Positions 26,443-36,205 of a DNA stretch of 64,000 nucleotides are shown here, one piece after another. This stretch comes from an uncultured Chitinophaga sp. (GTDB lineage Bacteria; Bacteroidota; Bacteroidia; Chitinophagales; Chitinophagaceae), in assembly GCA_964424155.1 (NCBI GenBank), contig CAYRHU010000004.1, positions 6,638-70,637 of the forward strand. The letters run 5' to 3'. The stretch's first letter is position 1, and each line of letters starts with the position of its first letter. The notes below the pieces were generated by a model. It saw nothing but the letters and a program-made list of their open reading frames with translations, made no database searches and was not told the DNA's origin. The translations under genes and the position numbers were made by a program.

Positions 26443-27081
26443 GTGGACCTGATCCTTCCCCTTGCCGAGCAATATGCAGGGCATTATTCCTCCTCAGAGG
26501 ATCCCCTGCTGAGGGAGATAAATGAATACACGCTACAGCACCATCCCGAATACCATATGCTCAGCGGCCACCTGCAGGGCAAACTGCTGGAAATGCTCAG
26601 CTGCATGATCCGGCCCCGCCGGATCCTGGAGATCGGGACTTTTACCGGTTACAGCGCCCTTTGCCTGGCAAAGGGCCTGGGGGATGCAGGGCTCCTGCAT
26701 ACCATCGAGATCCGGGAGGCCGACGCCCAAATAGCCAGGTCTTTTTTTGACCGGTCGGAATGGTCCGACCGCATAATTTCACACACCGGAAATGCGTTAG
26801 ATATTATCCCGGAACTGGCCGAAACCTGGGATTTGGTGTTCATTGATGCGGATAAACCCGCTTATATTCAATATTTTAACCTCGTTTTCCCCTATTTGCG
26901 GAAAAACGGGTTTATTTTTGCAGATAATATCTTTTTCCACGGCCAGGTGCTGGAAGAAAAAGTGACGGGAAAAAGCGCAAAAGGCATACAGGCCTTTAAC
27001 GAGTTTATCAGGAACCGGACCGACATCGATAAAATGGTACTGACCGTGCGGGACGGGCTATTTTTGATCCGAAAACTATGA
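26443..27081 (+). CDS. class I SAM-dependent O-methyltransferase (caffeoyl-CoA OMT-like)
   Basis: ILEIGTFTGYSAL SAM-binding motif and FIDADK. GTG start. Confidence 0.85.
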   Translation: MDLILPLAEQYAGHYSSSEDPLLREINEYTLQHHPEYHMLSGHLQGKLLEMLSCMIRPRRILEIGTFTGYSALCLAKGLGDAGLLHTIEIREADAQIARSFFDRSEWSDRIISHTGNALDIIPELAETWDLVFIDADKPAYIQYFNLVFPYLRKNGFIFADNIFFHGQVLEEKVTGKSAKGIQAFNEFIRNRTDIDKMVLTVRDGLFLIRKL

Positions 27082-27178
27082 AGAAATAAGAATGAAGATT
27101 GAAGAGGGAAGAATTTAGAAGTATCGGGTTGTTCAACTTCTTACTTCTGCATTCCCTGTTCTGTATTCGAAATTCACC
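27081..27178. repeat. heptamer-phased imperfect palindrome, GAATGCAGA family, copy 3
   Basis: AAGAAAT AAGAATG AAGATTG AAGAGGG AAGAATT TAGAAGT ATCGGGT TGTTCAA CTTCTTA CTTCTGC ATTCCCT GTTCTGT ATTCGAA ATTCACC. The arms pair without indels around a loop at 27123-27135. TCTGCATTCCCTGTTC differs at 1 of 16 positions from 5211-5226. Confidence 0.88.
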
Positions 27179-27185
27179 CCGGACT

Positions 27186-28265
27186 ATGCAAAAATTAAAG
27201 AACATTTTACTGATCGTTTTTCTGCTGGTATCGGTTACGTCTGCTGCGCAGCAATCCGAACTTGTAAAGAATTATATCAGCCAGTACAAGGACCTGGCGA
27301 TCGCCGAAATGCAGCGTACCGGCGTACCGGCTTCGATAAAACTGGCACAGGGTATCATCGAAACCATGGCCGGCACCAGCGACCTGGTGATCCGTTCCAA
27401 TAATCATTTTGGCATCAAATGCAAATCCAACTGGACGGGCCCCACCGTGAAGCATGATGATGACCTGCGGGGTGAATGCTTCCGAAAGTATTCCTCCCCG
27501 GAAGATTCTTACCGCGACCATTCGGATTTTTTGAAAAACAACCAGCGCTACGGGTTTCTTTTTAATCTTGACCCGGCCGATTATAATGGCTGGGCCTGGG
27601 GTCTCAAAAAAGCCGGTTATGCCACGAATCCCCGGTATGCCATGGCGCTCATTAAAGCGATCGAGGATTACGGGTTGCAGACCTATTCACTGATCGCGAT
27701 GGGAAAGATCGCGGATATGGGTACAGAGCTCGCCGTATCGGATAACAGGGATGAAAACGGGAGAACGATCAGCATGACCGGTGACGCGGGTCCCGTTACA
27801 ACGGAAACCCTGGTGAATGCGGAAACGACCGTAGTAACGAAACCGTCATACCCGGCCGGTGAATTCAGGATCAACGAAACCAAAGTGGTGTATGTACCCA
27901 AAGGCACATCCTACCTGATGATCGCCGGCGAATATGATGTGGATCTCGCAAAAATTTTTGAGTTCAATGAAATTCCCCGGGCGGAAGAGGTGGATAAGGA
28001 CCGGCTGATCTACCTGCAACGGAAGCGCAAGACCGGTAACCAGGAATTTCATACCGTGCAACCGGGAGAAACGCTTCATGATATTGCCCAGCTTCAGGCC
28101 ATCCGGCTGGAAAGCCTGCTCGAACTGAACTGGCTGAGAAAAGGGGAGATACCGGCCGTGGGTACCCAGCTCAGCCTGCAGCGTAAAGCGCCGGTCTCAC
28201 CGAAACTGGCATTGAATTCCCAGCAAACGCTTTTACCCGGCGCCCCGGCAAGGGGAACCAATTAA
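27186..28265 (+). CDS. N-acetylglucosaminidase-domain protein with C-terminal LysM
   Basis: Start set at ATG 27186 (MQKLKNILLIVFLLVSVTSAAQQ). Glucosaminidase region (AQGIIETMAG...NHFGIKC) and LysM-like HTVQPGETLHDIA. The track start 27099 lies inside repeat element 27081-27178. Confidence 0.85.
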   Translation: MQKLKNILLIVFLLVSVTSAAQQSELVKNYISQYKDLAIAEMQRTGVPASIKLAQGIIETMAGTSDLVIRSNNHFGIKCKSNWTGPTVKHDDDLRGECFRKYSSPEDSYRDHSDFLKNNQRYGFLFNLDPADYNGWAWGLKKAGYATNPRYAMALIKAIEDYGLQTYSLIAMGKIADMGTELAVSDNRDENGRTISMTGDAGPVTTETLVNAETTVVTKPSYPAGEFRINETKVVYVPKGTSYLMIAGEYDVDLAKIFEFNEIPRAEEVDKDRLIYLQRKRKTGNQEFHTVQPGETLHDIAQLQAIRLESLLELNWLRKGEIPAVGTQLSLQRKAPVSPKLALNSQQTLLPGAPARGTN

Positions 28266-28280
28266 AAACCACCCTTGTTT

Positions 28281-28823
28281 ATGGGCACCGTGAAAGTGCA
28301 TGAACGATCCTTTGAAATTTATCTTCCGGAGGACCGTATTCAGCAGCGCGTCCGGGAAATCGCTGCGCAGATCAATCTGGACTATGCCGGGAAAAAACCA
28401 CTTTTTATCGCGATCCTGAACGGATCCTTTATGTTCGCCTCCGACCTCTTCAAGCACCTGACGATCGAAGCGGAACTGTGTTTTATCAAGCTGGCCTCGT
28501 ATAAGGGAATGAAATCATCCGGTAAGGTGGTCACGTCGATCGGGCTCGAGGAGGATCTATTCGGAAAGGATGTGATCATCGTGGAAGATATCGTAGATAC
28601 CGGCAAGACCCTGCATAATTTCCTGCCGAAGCTGGTACACCAGCAGCCCAAATCGCTGAAGATCGCCACCCTGCTCCACAAATCATCTGCCACCGAGTAC
28701 CCGCTGCTGCTGGATTATGTGGGTTTTGATATACCCAACAAATTCGTCGTCGGCTATGGGCTCGATTATGATGGCCTGGGCCGCAATTTCAAGGAAATCT
28801 ACCAGGTTGTTTCTACAGTTTAA
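28281..28823 (+). CDS. hpt: hypoxanthine phosphoribosyltransferase
   Basis: PRPP-binding loop IVEDIVDTGKT, 180 aa. ATG at 28281 preferred over TTG at 28275. Confidence 0.9.
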   Translation: MGTVKVHERSFEIYLPEDRIQQRVREIAAQINLDYAGKKPLFIAILNGSFMFASDLFKHLTIEAELCFIKLASYKGMKSSGKVVTSIGLEEDLFGKDVIIVEDIVDTGKTLHNFLPKLVHQQPKSLKIATLLHKSSATEYPLLLDYVGFDIPNKFVVGYGLDYDGLGRNFKEIYQVVSTV

Positions 28824-28921
28824 TCTCTCCCACAGGCTGTCGCAACTCCAGGCCTCATATTGCAGTTAATTTCTGACCGGTTCACGCTGAATATGAACGG
28901 CTTGAGGCTATCGCCCTTTTT

Positions 28922-30733
28922 TTGTACCTTATCGGGCAAAATATCCGTCTGAAGACCGCTTGTCATATACTTGCCTTTTTGCTCTTTGGTTCGTCCTTAT
29001 GCGCCCAGCAATTCTACCTGCGCGGCGAGGTCAAGGATGAAGCGGGTAATATATTACAGAACGTCGCCATCCTGCAGCACAAGACAGGTTATGTATTCCG
29101 CAGCGGCACCCAGGGCACTTTCGGGATTCTCAGTCACCTGCAGGTAGATACATTCAGTTTTTCATTTGAAGGATACCGAACGGAGAAACTGCTGCTGAAC
29201 GCCGATCAATACGCCAGTGTTAAACTCAAACCCCTGCCAGCCTCCGCATCCCAAAACCGGCGTGATAAGCTGGCTTCCCTGACACGGGATCTTGACAAGG
29301 AAGAACAGAAGGACTGGTACACCGGCGAGGAAACCTATGCCAGCCTGCTGGAAAATCATTTCGTGAGTGCGAAAAAATTTCCCAATACGGGAATGTCGCT
29401 CAACGTGGACCGGGCTTCCTACAGCAATATCCGCCGGTTCATCAACCTTAATTCGGTGGTGCCGCCGGACGCGGTGCGGATCGAGGAAATGCTGAATTAT
29501 TTCAACCTGAATTATTCAGCGCCCAAAGGGGACGAACTGTTCCATATCAAAACACAGCTCAGTTCCTGTCCCTGGAACCCGGCCAACCAATTGTATTATG
29601 TAAATCTTTCCGCCAAAAAACTAAACCTCGATTCCCTGCCGCCGAGTAACCTGGTGTTCCTGATCGATGTGTCCGGATCCATGGATATGGTCAACCGGCT
29701 TCCGCTGCTGAAATCGGCATTCCGCCTGCTGGTGAATAACCTGCGGGCAAAGGATTCCGTGTCGATCGTGGTCTATGGCGGCGTTACCGGGATCATGCTT
29801 AATTGCACGAGCGGCGCCGAAAAGGAAAAGATCCTGAAAGCCATCGATGAACTGGAACCGGGCGGGTCCACCCCCGGTGAATCGGGGATACGCATCGCAT
29901 ACAGTGTGGCACGCAACCATTTTATCGAAGGAGGCAATAACCGCGTGATCCTGGCCACCGATGGCGACTTTAATGTGGGCGTTAAGACCGAACAGGAACT
30001 GGATGAGCTGATTTCTCTCCAGCGCGAATCCGGGATCTATCTCACCTGCCTGGGTGTGGGCATGGGTAATTATAAGGATTCCAAGATCCATACGCTGGCC
30101 AACAAGGGGAATGGCAACTTCGCGTACCTCGATAATTTTATGGAAGCGGAAAAAGTGCTGCTGAAAGAATTTACCCAGACTTTGTACGCGGTGGCGGACG
30201 ATGTGTATATGAACGTGGAATTCAATCCTGCTTATGTGAAAGAATACCGGCTTATCGGTTTCGACAACAAGGTGGGCGCCCTTCGCGATTCCACTTCAGT
30301 GATCGAGGGTGGAGAGATCGGATCGGGTTACTCCATGATTGCCCTGTTCGAGATCGTGCCTACCGAAGAAAACCAGAAAGTGTTGAAGCAGGACCTGGCC
30401 GGGGAACGATTTGCCGACATTATCATGCGGTACAAACATCCCAACAGGGAAGAGGAGCACCAGTTCGGGTATAAAAGCTACCTCGATTTCCGGCATTTCG
30501 AGGACCTGGATAAATGCTACCGCTTCTCCGCTTCCGTAGCCATGTTCGGGTCCATGCTGCGCAATTCACCATTTGTTAAGAACAGCAGCTGGAACGATGT
30601 GATCACCCTCGCGCAATCCTCATCGGGTACCGACGACCTGATCCAAAAGGAATTTGTGAACCTGGTGCAGCATACCCGCACGTTGTATTCCAAGGTAAAA
30701 AAGAAAAAAGGGGGAGGAGCGCAGTATCATTGA
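28922..30733 (+). CDS. von Willebrand factor type A domain protein (YfbK-like)
   Basis: Signal peptide, vWA MIDAS motif DVSGSM, and a long conserved C-terminal region. TTG start. Confidence 0.85.
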   Translation: MYLIGQNIRLKTACHILAFLLFGSSLCAQQFYLRGEVKDEAGNILQNVAILQHKTGYVFRSGTQGTFGILSHLQVDTFSFSFEGYRTEKLLLNADQYASVKLKPLPASASQNRRDKLASLTRDLDKEEQKDWYTGEETYASLLENHFVSAKKFPNTGMSLNVDRASYSNIRRFINLNSVVPPDAVRIEEMLNYFNLNYSAPKGDELFHIKTQLSSCPWNPANQLYYVNLSAKKLNLDSLPPSNLVFLIDVSGSMDMVNRLPLLKSAFRLLVNNLRAKDSVSIVVYGGVTGIMLNCTSGAEKEKILKAIDELEPGGSTPGESGIRIAYSVARNHFIEGGNNRVILATDGDFNVGVKTEQELDELISLQRESGIYLTCLGVGMGNYKDSKIHTLANKGNGNFAYLDNFMEAEKVLLKEFTQTLYAVADDVYMNVEFNPAYVKEYRLIGFDNKVGALRDSTSVIEGGEIGSGYSMIALFEIVPTEENQKVLKQDLAGERFADIIMRYKHPNREEEHQFGYKSYLDFRHFEDLDKCYRFSASVAMFGSMLRNSPFVKNSSWNDVITLAQSSSGTDDLIQKEFVNLVQHTRTLYSKVKKKKGGGAQYH

Positions 30734-30755
30734 CCGCTCGTACAATTCGGGAGGA

Positions 30756-31919
30756 TCATGAAAACATCTCCTTGATCCTGTCGAAGAAATTCTTGCCACC
30801 CTTTTCGGGATGGGGTTTAAAATTGGGCGACTGGCTTAATTTTTCGAGCAGGGCTTTTTCTTCTGAACTTACATGCTGGGGTGTCCAGACATTCACCTGG
30901 ATAAGCTGGTCGCCTTTTTGATAGGAGTTCACGGCGGGAAAACCCTTTCCTTTCAGCCGGAAGATCTTTCCGCTCTGGGTGCCGGGTGGTATTTTGATTT
31001 TGGCCCGCCCGTCGATGGTGGGCACTTCGATCTGGGTGCCGAAAACGGCATCGGTAAATGAAAGATGCAATTCGTAAGCCACGTTCAAACCTTCCCGGTG
31101 AAGTTCTTTATGCGGTTCTTCCTCGATCAGCACGATGAGATCGCCGGGCATTCCGCCCCTTTCACCCGCGTTACCCCGGCCGCCCACATTCATCTGCATA
31201 CCTTCCTGTACACCCGCGGGAATATCGATTGTAACGGTTTCTTCTCCAAACACTCTGCCTTCTCCTTTGCAATTGGCGCATTTGGCCGTGATGCTGGTAC
31301 CCTCGCCGTTACAGGCCGGACAGGTGGTAACGGTCTGCATCTGCCCTAAAAATGTATTCTGCACTTTTCTTACCTGGCCGCTCCCGCCGCAGGTGCTGCA
31401 GGTCTGCACGCTCCCTTTGTCCTTAGCGCCGCTGCCATTGCAGGTCGTGCAGTTCACATATTTTTTGACCTTAATATTCTTGGTCACTCCTTTGGCGATC
31501 TCTTCATACGTGAGTTTCAATTTGACCCGGAGATTGCTTCCTCTCACCCCGCGCGCCCGTTGCCCGCCGCCTCTTCGCTGTCCACCGCCGCCAAAAAAAC
31601 TGCCGAACAGGTCATCCCCGAAAATATCCCCGAACTGGCTGAAGATATCTTCCATGTTCATGCCGCCGCCGCTGTATCCGCCCCTTCCGTTACCGCTTAC
31701 GCCCGCGTGACCGTAGCGGTCATACTGCGCTTTTTTGTCCGCATCGCTCAGCACTTCATAAGCCTCCGCCGCCTCTTTGAATTTCTCTTCAGCGGATTTA
31801 TCGCCCGGGTTCCGGTCCGGGTGGTATTGCATGGCTACTTTCCGGTACGCCTTCTTGATTTCATCCGCGGAAGCATTCTTGCCTACACCCAGTATTTCGT
31901 AATAATCTCTCTTGGACAT
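30756..31919 (-). CDS. dnaJ: molecular chaperone DnaJ
   Basis: J domain with HPD (YHPDRNPG), a G/F-rich linker and four CxxCxGxG zinc-finger repeats. Confidence 0.97.
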   Translation of the reverse strand: MSKRDYYEILGVGKNASADEIKKAYRKVAMQYHPDRNPGDKSAEEKFKEAAEAYEVLSDADKKAQYDRYGHAGVSGNGRGGYSGGGMNMEDIFSQFGDIFGDDLFGSFFGGGGQRRGGGQRARGVRGSNLRVKLKLTYEEIAKGVTKNIKVKKYVNCTTCNGSGAKDKGSVQTCSTCGGSGQVRKVQNTFLGQMQTVTTCPACNGEGTSITAKCANCKGEGRVFGEETVTIDIPAGVQEGMQMNVGGRGNAGERGGMPGDLIVLIEEEPHKELHREGLNVAYELHLSFTDAVFGTQIEVPTIDGRAKIKIPPGTQSGKIFRLKGKGFPAVNSYQKGDQLIQVNVWTPQHVSSEEKALLEKLSQSPNFKPHPEKGGKNFFDRIKEMFS

Positions 31920-31935
31920 ATTAATTTATCTATGC

Positions 31936-31977
31936 GCTCGCCACTTGCAGCTCAAAGCCCGTGGCTCACAGCTTTAT
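31936..31977. repeat. six in-phase heptamers in the grpE-dnaJ spacer
   Basis: GCTCGCC ACTTGCA GCTCAAA GCCCGTG GCTCACA GCTTTAT. The last word overlaps the grpE stop. Confidence 0.65.
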
Positions 31978-32546
31978 TTCCCCACCACCACTTTCGCGTG
32001 ACGGATGATCTTTTCGTTCAGGTAATATCCTTTTACCACTTCATCAACTACTTTTCCTTTCAATTCCTCTGATGGCGCCGGGATCTCCGTGATCGCTTCA
32101 TGCAGGTCAGGATTAAATTCCCTGTTGATCGATTCCATAACCTTTACCCCCCTTGCCTGCAGGGTATTACGCAACTTGTTAAACACCAGCAGCACCCCCT
32201 CTTTAAGAGCCGTGGCGTCTTCGTTGTTTTCCATTTGTTTCTGGGCCCGGTCGCAATCATCCAGCACATCCAGCAGGTCGATGATCACTTCTTTACCGGC
32301 CGTCTGGATCAGTTCCCGCATTTCTGCCGAACTCCGGCGCCTGTAATTCTCAAACTCCGCCATTTTGCGAAGCAGTTTATCCTTTGCTTCATCCAGCTGC
32401 GCCCGTAATTTTTCAATTTCCGATTCCTCCGCCACCGGTTCATTCAGGTGCGTGGTGCCGCTCAGGTTCTCATCGGTATTGATATCGGGTATGGCGGTAT
32501 TTTCCGGGGTTCCGTTTTCCTTCTCTTTCATGTCTTTTTCTGCCAT
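31974..32546 (-). CDS. grpE: nucleotide exchange factor GrpE
   Basis: 190 aa. Acidic N-terminus, coiled coil and a GrpE C-terminal beta domain. Directly upstream of dnaJ. Confidence 0.95.
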   Translation of the reverse strand: MAEKDMKEKENGTPENTAIPDINTDENLSGTTHLNEPVAEESEIEKLRAQLDEAKDKLLRKMAEFENYRRRSSAEMRELIQTAGKEVIIDLLDVLDDCDRAQKQMENNEDATALKEGVLLVFNKLRNTLQARGVKVMESINREFNPDLHEAITEIPAPSEELKGKVVDEVVKGYYLNEKIIRHAKVVVGK

Positions 32547-32862
32547 TTTTTCAAATTATAACCCGCCCCGCGACAAATTGCGGGTTCGGGCCTGCAAAGG
32601 TACGATGGACAAGAATACTGCCAAGCCCCGGGTTTGGACAAATTGACCTTTCCGGGTGCTTTTTAGCCTGAAGTTGACTTTTATTTGCAGGGTATTAAGA
32701 AAGGGAAGTCTTTTCAGGAACAGATCCCGGCCCCTCTTACAGGTACCCGGTATCCTGATGAAACAGTTGGCAGACGACAGTACTAGGAAAAATACAGGAA
32801 ATTAATCGCCGTCATACCTGTTCCTTTTTACCATTCCTTAAACCTTTCCTTACCTTGCCACG

Positions 32863-34035
32863 ATGAACAAAATCAGTCTCAAAAGAAAAATATCGCCCCG
32901 GATCGCCAATGGTCATCCCTGGATATTCAATAACGAAGTGGGCGTTGCGGAACAGGACATGGTGGCCGGCGAGATCGCGGAAGTGTTTACACATGATAAG
33001 AAATTTATCGGGAAAGGGTATGTAAATCCCCGCTCGCAGATCCAGATCAGGCTGCTCACAAGGGAAAAGACCGAGGAGATCAACGATCTGTTCTTTTTGA
33101 ACCGGATCCGGGAATGCTGGGAGTACCGGAAGAAGATCGGGTATACGGAAAATTGCCGGCTTGTATTCGGGGAGGCCGATGGTTTACCCCAGCTCATTAT
33201 CGATAAGTTCAACGATTATTTCGTGATTCAGACCCTGGCGCTGGGAATCGATACATGGAAACACGCGATCGTTAAAGCGCTGGAAACAATCTTTTCACCC
33301 AAAGGGATTTATGAACGGAATGACGCCCCCGTGCGGGAACTGGAAGGATTGTCCCAGCAGAAGGGTTTTCTTTCCGCGCCTTTTGACACCCGGATCATCA
33401 TCAATGAAAACGGGCTGCGATTTTATGTAGACCTGGAAAACGGGCAGAAGACGGGTTATTTCCTGGATCAGCAGGATAACCGCAGGGCCATACAGCATAT
33501 TGTAAAAGGGGCGGATGTACTGGGTGCATTTACCTATACCGGCACCTTTGAGATCCATGCGGCGCATTACGGAGCCCGTTCCGTACTCGGACTGGATATT
33601 TCTTCGCAGGCCGTGGACCAGGCCAATGCCAACGCCAAACTAAACGGGCTCGACCATTTATGCCGCTTCGAAGCCGCCAACGCCTTTGATGTGCTGAAAC
33701 AATGGTCAAAAGAAGGACGCCGGTATGATGTGGTCATGCTGGATCCGCCTGCTTTTACCAAGAGCAGGGAAACGATACAAAAAGCCATCACCGGTTACAA
33801 GGAGATCAACCTGAGGGGAATGAAACTGGTGAATCCCGGCGGCTTTCTTGTCACCTCTTCCTGCACCAGCCTGGTGAGCCCCGACCTGTTCCTCCAGGTC
33901 ATCGACATGGCGGCCCGTGATGCGAGAAGAAGGATCAGGCAGGTCATTTTTCAATCACAATCGGCCGATCATCCCATCATCCGGGGAATGGACAACACAC
34001 AATACCTGAAGTTCCTGATAATACAGGTGCAGTAA
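32863..34035 (+). CDS. rlmI: class I SAM-dependent rRNA (cytosine-C5) methyltransferase, RlmI-like
   Basis: N-terminal PUA-like region (GHPWIF), then QKTGYFLDQ and MLDPPAF motifs. Confidence 0.8.
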   Translation: MNKISLKRKISPRIANGHPWIFNNEVGVAEQDMVAGEIAEVFTHDKKFIGKGYVNPRSQIQIRLLTREKTEEINDLFFLNRIRECWEYRKKIGYTENCRLVFGEADGLPQLIIDKFNDYFVIQTLALGIDTWKHAIVKALETIFSPKGIYERNDAPVRELEGLSQQKGFLSAPFDTRIIINENGLRFYVDLENGQKTGYFLDQQDNRRAIQHIVKGADVLGAFTYTGTFEIHAAHYGARSVLGLDISSQAVDQANANAKLNGLDHLCRFEAANAFDVLKQWSKEGRRYDVVMLDPPAFTKSRETIQKAITGYKEINLRGMKLVNPGGFLVTSSCTSLVSPDLFLQVIDMAARDARRRIRQVIFQSQSADHPIIRGMDNTQYLKFLIIQVQ

Positions 34036-34055
34036 GAAAATCGGAAAATGATTGA

Positions 34056-34442
34056 TTAGCGGGAAACCTGGAACTTTCCGGATTCAATGATCCGGCCCCC
34101 GGCATCGCTGACATGATAGATGTAAACACCGCGGTTGAAATCGCTGAGATCTACAGTTACTTTCGAAGGAGTATTGACCGATTCATAAACTTTTTTCCCG
34201 AGCACGCCATTGTATACTGTGATCGTAAGACCCGCCCGGTAGTTTTTTTGAAGATCAAAGGTGATATAAGTTGTGGCCGGGTTGGGATATAATTTCACGA
34301 TCCTGTCCTGCACATCGGCAGTTGGAGCAGATCGTGAAGATTGGCCCTGCGACTGAATGGCAATCAACAGAATAAAGGATAGTATGGGTAGAATTCGTCT
34401 CAACGAAACAAATTTACTTTTATTATTCGAAAAGTAGGCCAT
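34056..34442 (-). CDS. mini-protein: signal peptide plus T9SS type-A C-terminal sorting domain only
   Basis: 128 aa. ...KLYPNPATTYITF...GVYIYHV...GKFQVSR matches the Por secretion tail. Only about 17 residues separate the signal peptide from the CTD. Confidence 0.7.
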   Translation of the reverse strand: MAYFSNNKSKFVSLRRILPILSFILLIAIQSQGQSSRSAPTADVQDRIVKLYPNPATTYITFDLQKNYRAGLTITVYNGVLGKKVYESVNTPSKVTVDLSDFNRGVYIYHVSDAGGRIIESGKFQVSR

Positions 34443-34536
34443 AAATTTTATATGCGCAACGTAAATCTACGACCCAATAAAATCAATTATAAATCAGCAT
34501 TTTAAGTGAATCCCTTGCCAGCCTTTTAACGAATTA

Positions 34537-35007
34537 TTATTTCAATTCTTCCAGCACCTCTCTGATCCGGCCGAAATCCGGGATTTCCCCGGCATTCTCC
34601 AGAACCTCCGCGTAACGCAGGATTCCCTCCCTGTCGATGACGAAGGCGGATCGTTTGGAAACGCCCTTCATATTATATCCGAATAGTTCATAGATGGAAC
34701 CGTATGCACGGGAAACTTCTTTATTGAAGTCGCTCAGCAAGGTGAAGTTGAGTTGCTGTTCTTCCCTGAAACGGGCAAGTGTATGCAGCGCGTCGACGGA
34801 TATCCCAAACACGCGCGCGTTCACATTATTGTACCAGCCCAGGTTATCGCGCACTGAACAGAGTTCGGCCGTACATACGCTGGTGAAGGCAAGCGGGAAG
34901 AATAACAGCAACACATTCTGTCCTTTTAACTCAGAAAGAGTTATGGGTTTCTTTTCGCTGTTGTACAGGGTAAAATCCGGGGCGGGCTGACCCACTTCTA
35001 ATGACAT
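34537..35007 (-). CDS. peroxiredoxin (AhpC/TSA family)
   Basis: FFPLAFTSVCTAE peroxidatic-Cys motif, 156 aa. Confidence 0.9.
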   Translation of the reverse strand: MSLEVGQPAPDFTLYNSEKKPITLSELKGQNVLLLFFPLAFTSVCTAELCSVRDNLGWYNNVNARVFGISVDALHTLARFREEQQLNFTLLSDFNKEVSRAYGSIYELFGYNMKGVSKRSAFVIDREGILRYAEVLENAGEIPDFGRIREVLEELK

Positions 35008-35168
35008 TTTGAGGATGGCTTAATGTGAATAATTCGGGTTTCGTTCCATGTTTCTTTGGAATACCTTCAAAGTAACAAAGTTTAGCCCCCCGGGTTTATT
35101 ACCGTACCGGTTTTTTTAACCAGTTGCCGTACCGGTCCCGGCAGGACGGCAGCCTAAACCACACGTTT

Positions 35169-35867
35169 ATGAAAAAGTTTCTGGCCGAATTAATCGGCAC
35201 ATTCTCTTTGGTATTGTTTGGTTGCGGAGCGGCGGTCATAGCCGGTGTTTCCACATCCGGTCCTTCGGGTATCGGGTTGCTGGGTATCTCGCTGGCATTC
35301 GGTTTGGCTGTGGTGGTTATGGCCTATTCAATCGGCGGCATCACCGGTTGTCATATCAACCCGGCCATAACGATCTCCATGCTGGTGGCGGGAAAGATCA
35401 AAGCCGGGGATGCATTGAATTATATTGTTGCGCAAATGGTTGGCGCCACACTGGGTGCCGGGGTGCTTTACCTGATAGCGAAAGGGGCGCCCGGATTTGC
35501 CATGGGGGAATGGGCGCTGGGCTCCAACGGATGGGGGGAGGGATACCTGGCGGGATATAATTTGACTTCGGCCTTCGTAACGGAAGCCGTTCTCACCTTT
35601 CTTTTCCTGTTCGTGATCTTTGCCACTACCTCCAAATGGGGGAACGGTACTATGGCGGGCCTGGCAATCGGCCTCACCCTGGTGCTTATTCACCTGGTGG
35701 CCATACCGGTAACCGGAACATCGGTTAACCCCGCACGCAGTTTCGGGCCGGCTATTTTCGCACAGGGAAAGGCGCTTACACAACTGTGGCTATTCTTCGC
35801 GGCCCCCATTGCAGGCGGTATTGCTGCAGCCCTGGTTTGGAAAGGTTTGTTTGAAACGAAGGAATAA
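35169..35867 (+). CDS. aqpZ: aquaporin Z
   Basis: Two NPA boxes (HINPAIT, SVNPARS) and six TM helices. ATG 35169 (MKKFLAELIGTF) preferred over the upstream TTG. Confidence 0.93.
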   Translation: MKKFLAELIGTFSLVLFGCGAAVIAGVSTSGPSGIGLLGISLAFGLAVVVMAYSIGGITGCHINPAITISMLVAGKIKAGDALNYIVAQMVGATLGAGVLYLIAKGAPGFAMGEWALGSNGWGEGYLAGYNLTSAFVTEAVLTFLFLFVIFATTSKWGNGTMAGLAIGLTLVLIHLVAIPVTGTSVNPARSFGPAIFAQGKALTQLWLFFAAPIAGGIAAALVWKGLFETKE

Positions 35868-35976
35868 AATTCCACATGTTATATGAATTACCTGGTGAAT
35901 ACCCGGGGATTTGCATAAAGAAATGACACGCAGAGAAGAATCATACTGAGCCCTGCGTGATATTTCCCGGAAACCT

Positions 35977-36052
35977 CGCACAGGGGGAAAAGAGAAAATA
36001 AGACGGTAACGGACCTACGCTCTGTTCTCCTTTTCTCTTTTTTCTCTGTGCG
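35977..36052. repeat. purine/pyrimidine-arm hairpin (CGCACAG...AAAAGAGAAAA / TTTTCTCTT...CTGTGCG)
   Basis: CGCACAG 35977-35983 pairs with CTGTGCG 36046-36052. AAAAGAGAAAA 35988-35998 pairs with TTTTCTCTTTT 36031-36041. A neighbouring small hairpin is CACGCAG 35927-35933 / CTGCGTG 35953-35959. Confidence 0.7.
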
Positions 36053-36205
36053 ATGAAAAAAAACTCAGCGTACAGCATCCGATATAACTGTTCTATTCGT
36101 GTGAAAAAGATCATCACACAGAGGGTGCCGGAAACGCAGAGTTAAATCAATTCTTCTGCAAACGGGTTTTCCCCGGGAGGCAATCGGGGAATAGTTCTCA
36201 ACTGG

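Noticed and set aside
27099-27185. Upstream start (27099) for the glucosaminidase/LysM gene. Similar N-terminal extensions occur in track ORFs 16713, 13009..14280, 2398..3897, 35124, 50421 and 61011.
   Set aside because: The extensions run through intergenic repeats or precede a canonical signal peptide that begins at an internal Met. The internal starts give normal secretion signals or family-typical N-termini.
31135-31710. 191-aa proline-rich + strand ORF.
   Set aside because: It is antisense to the Gly/Phe-rich and zinc-finger regions of dnaJ and has no independent support.
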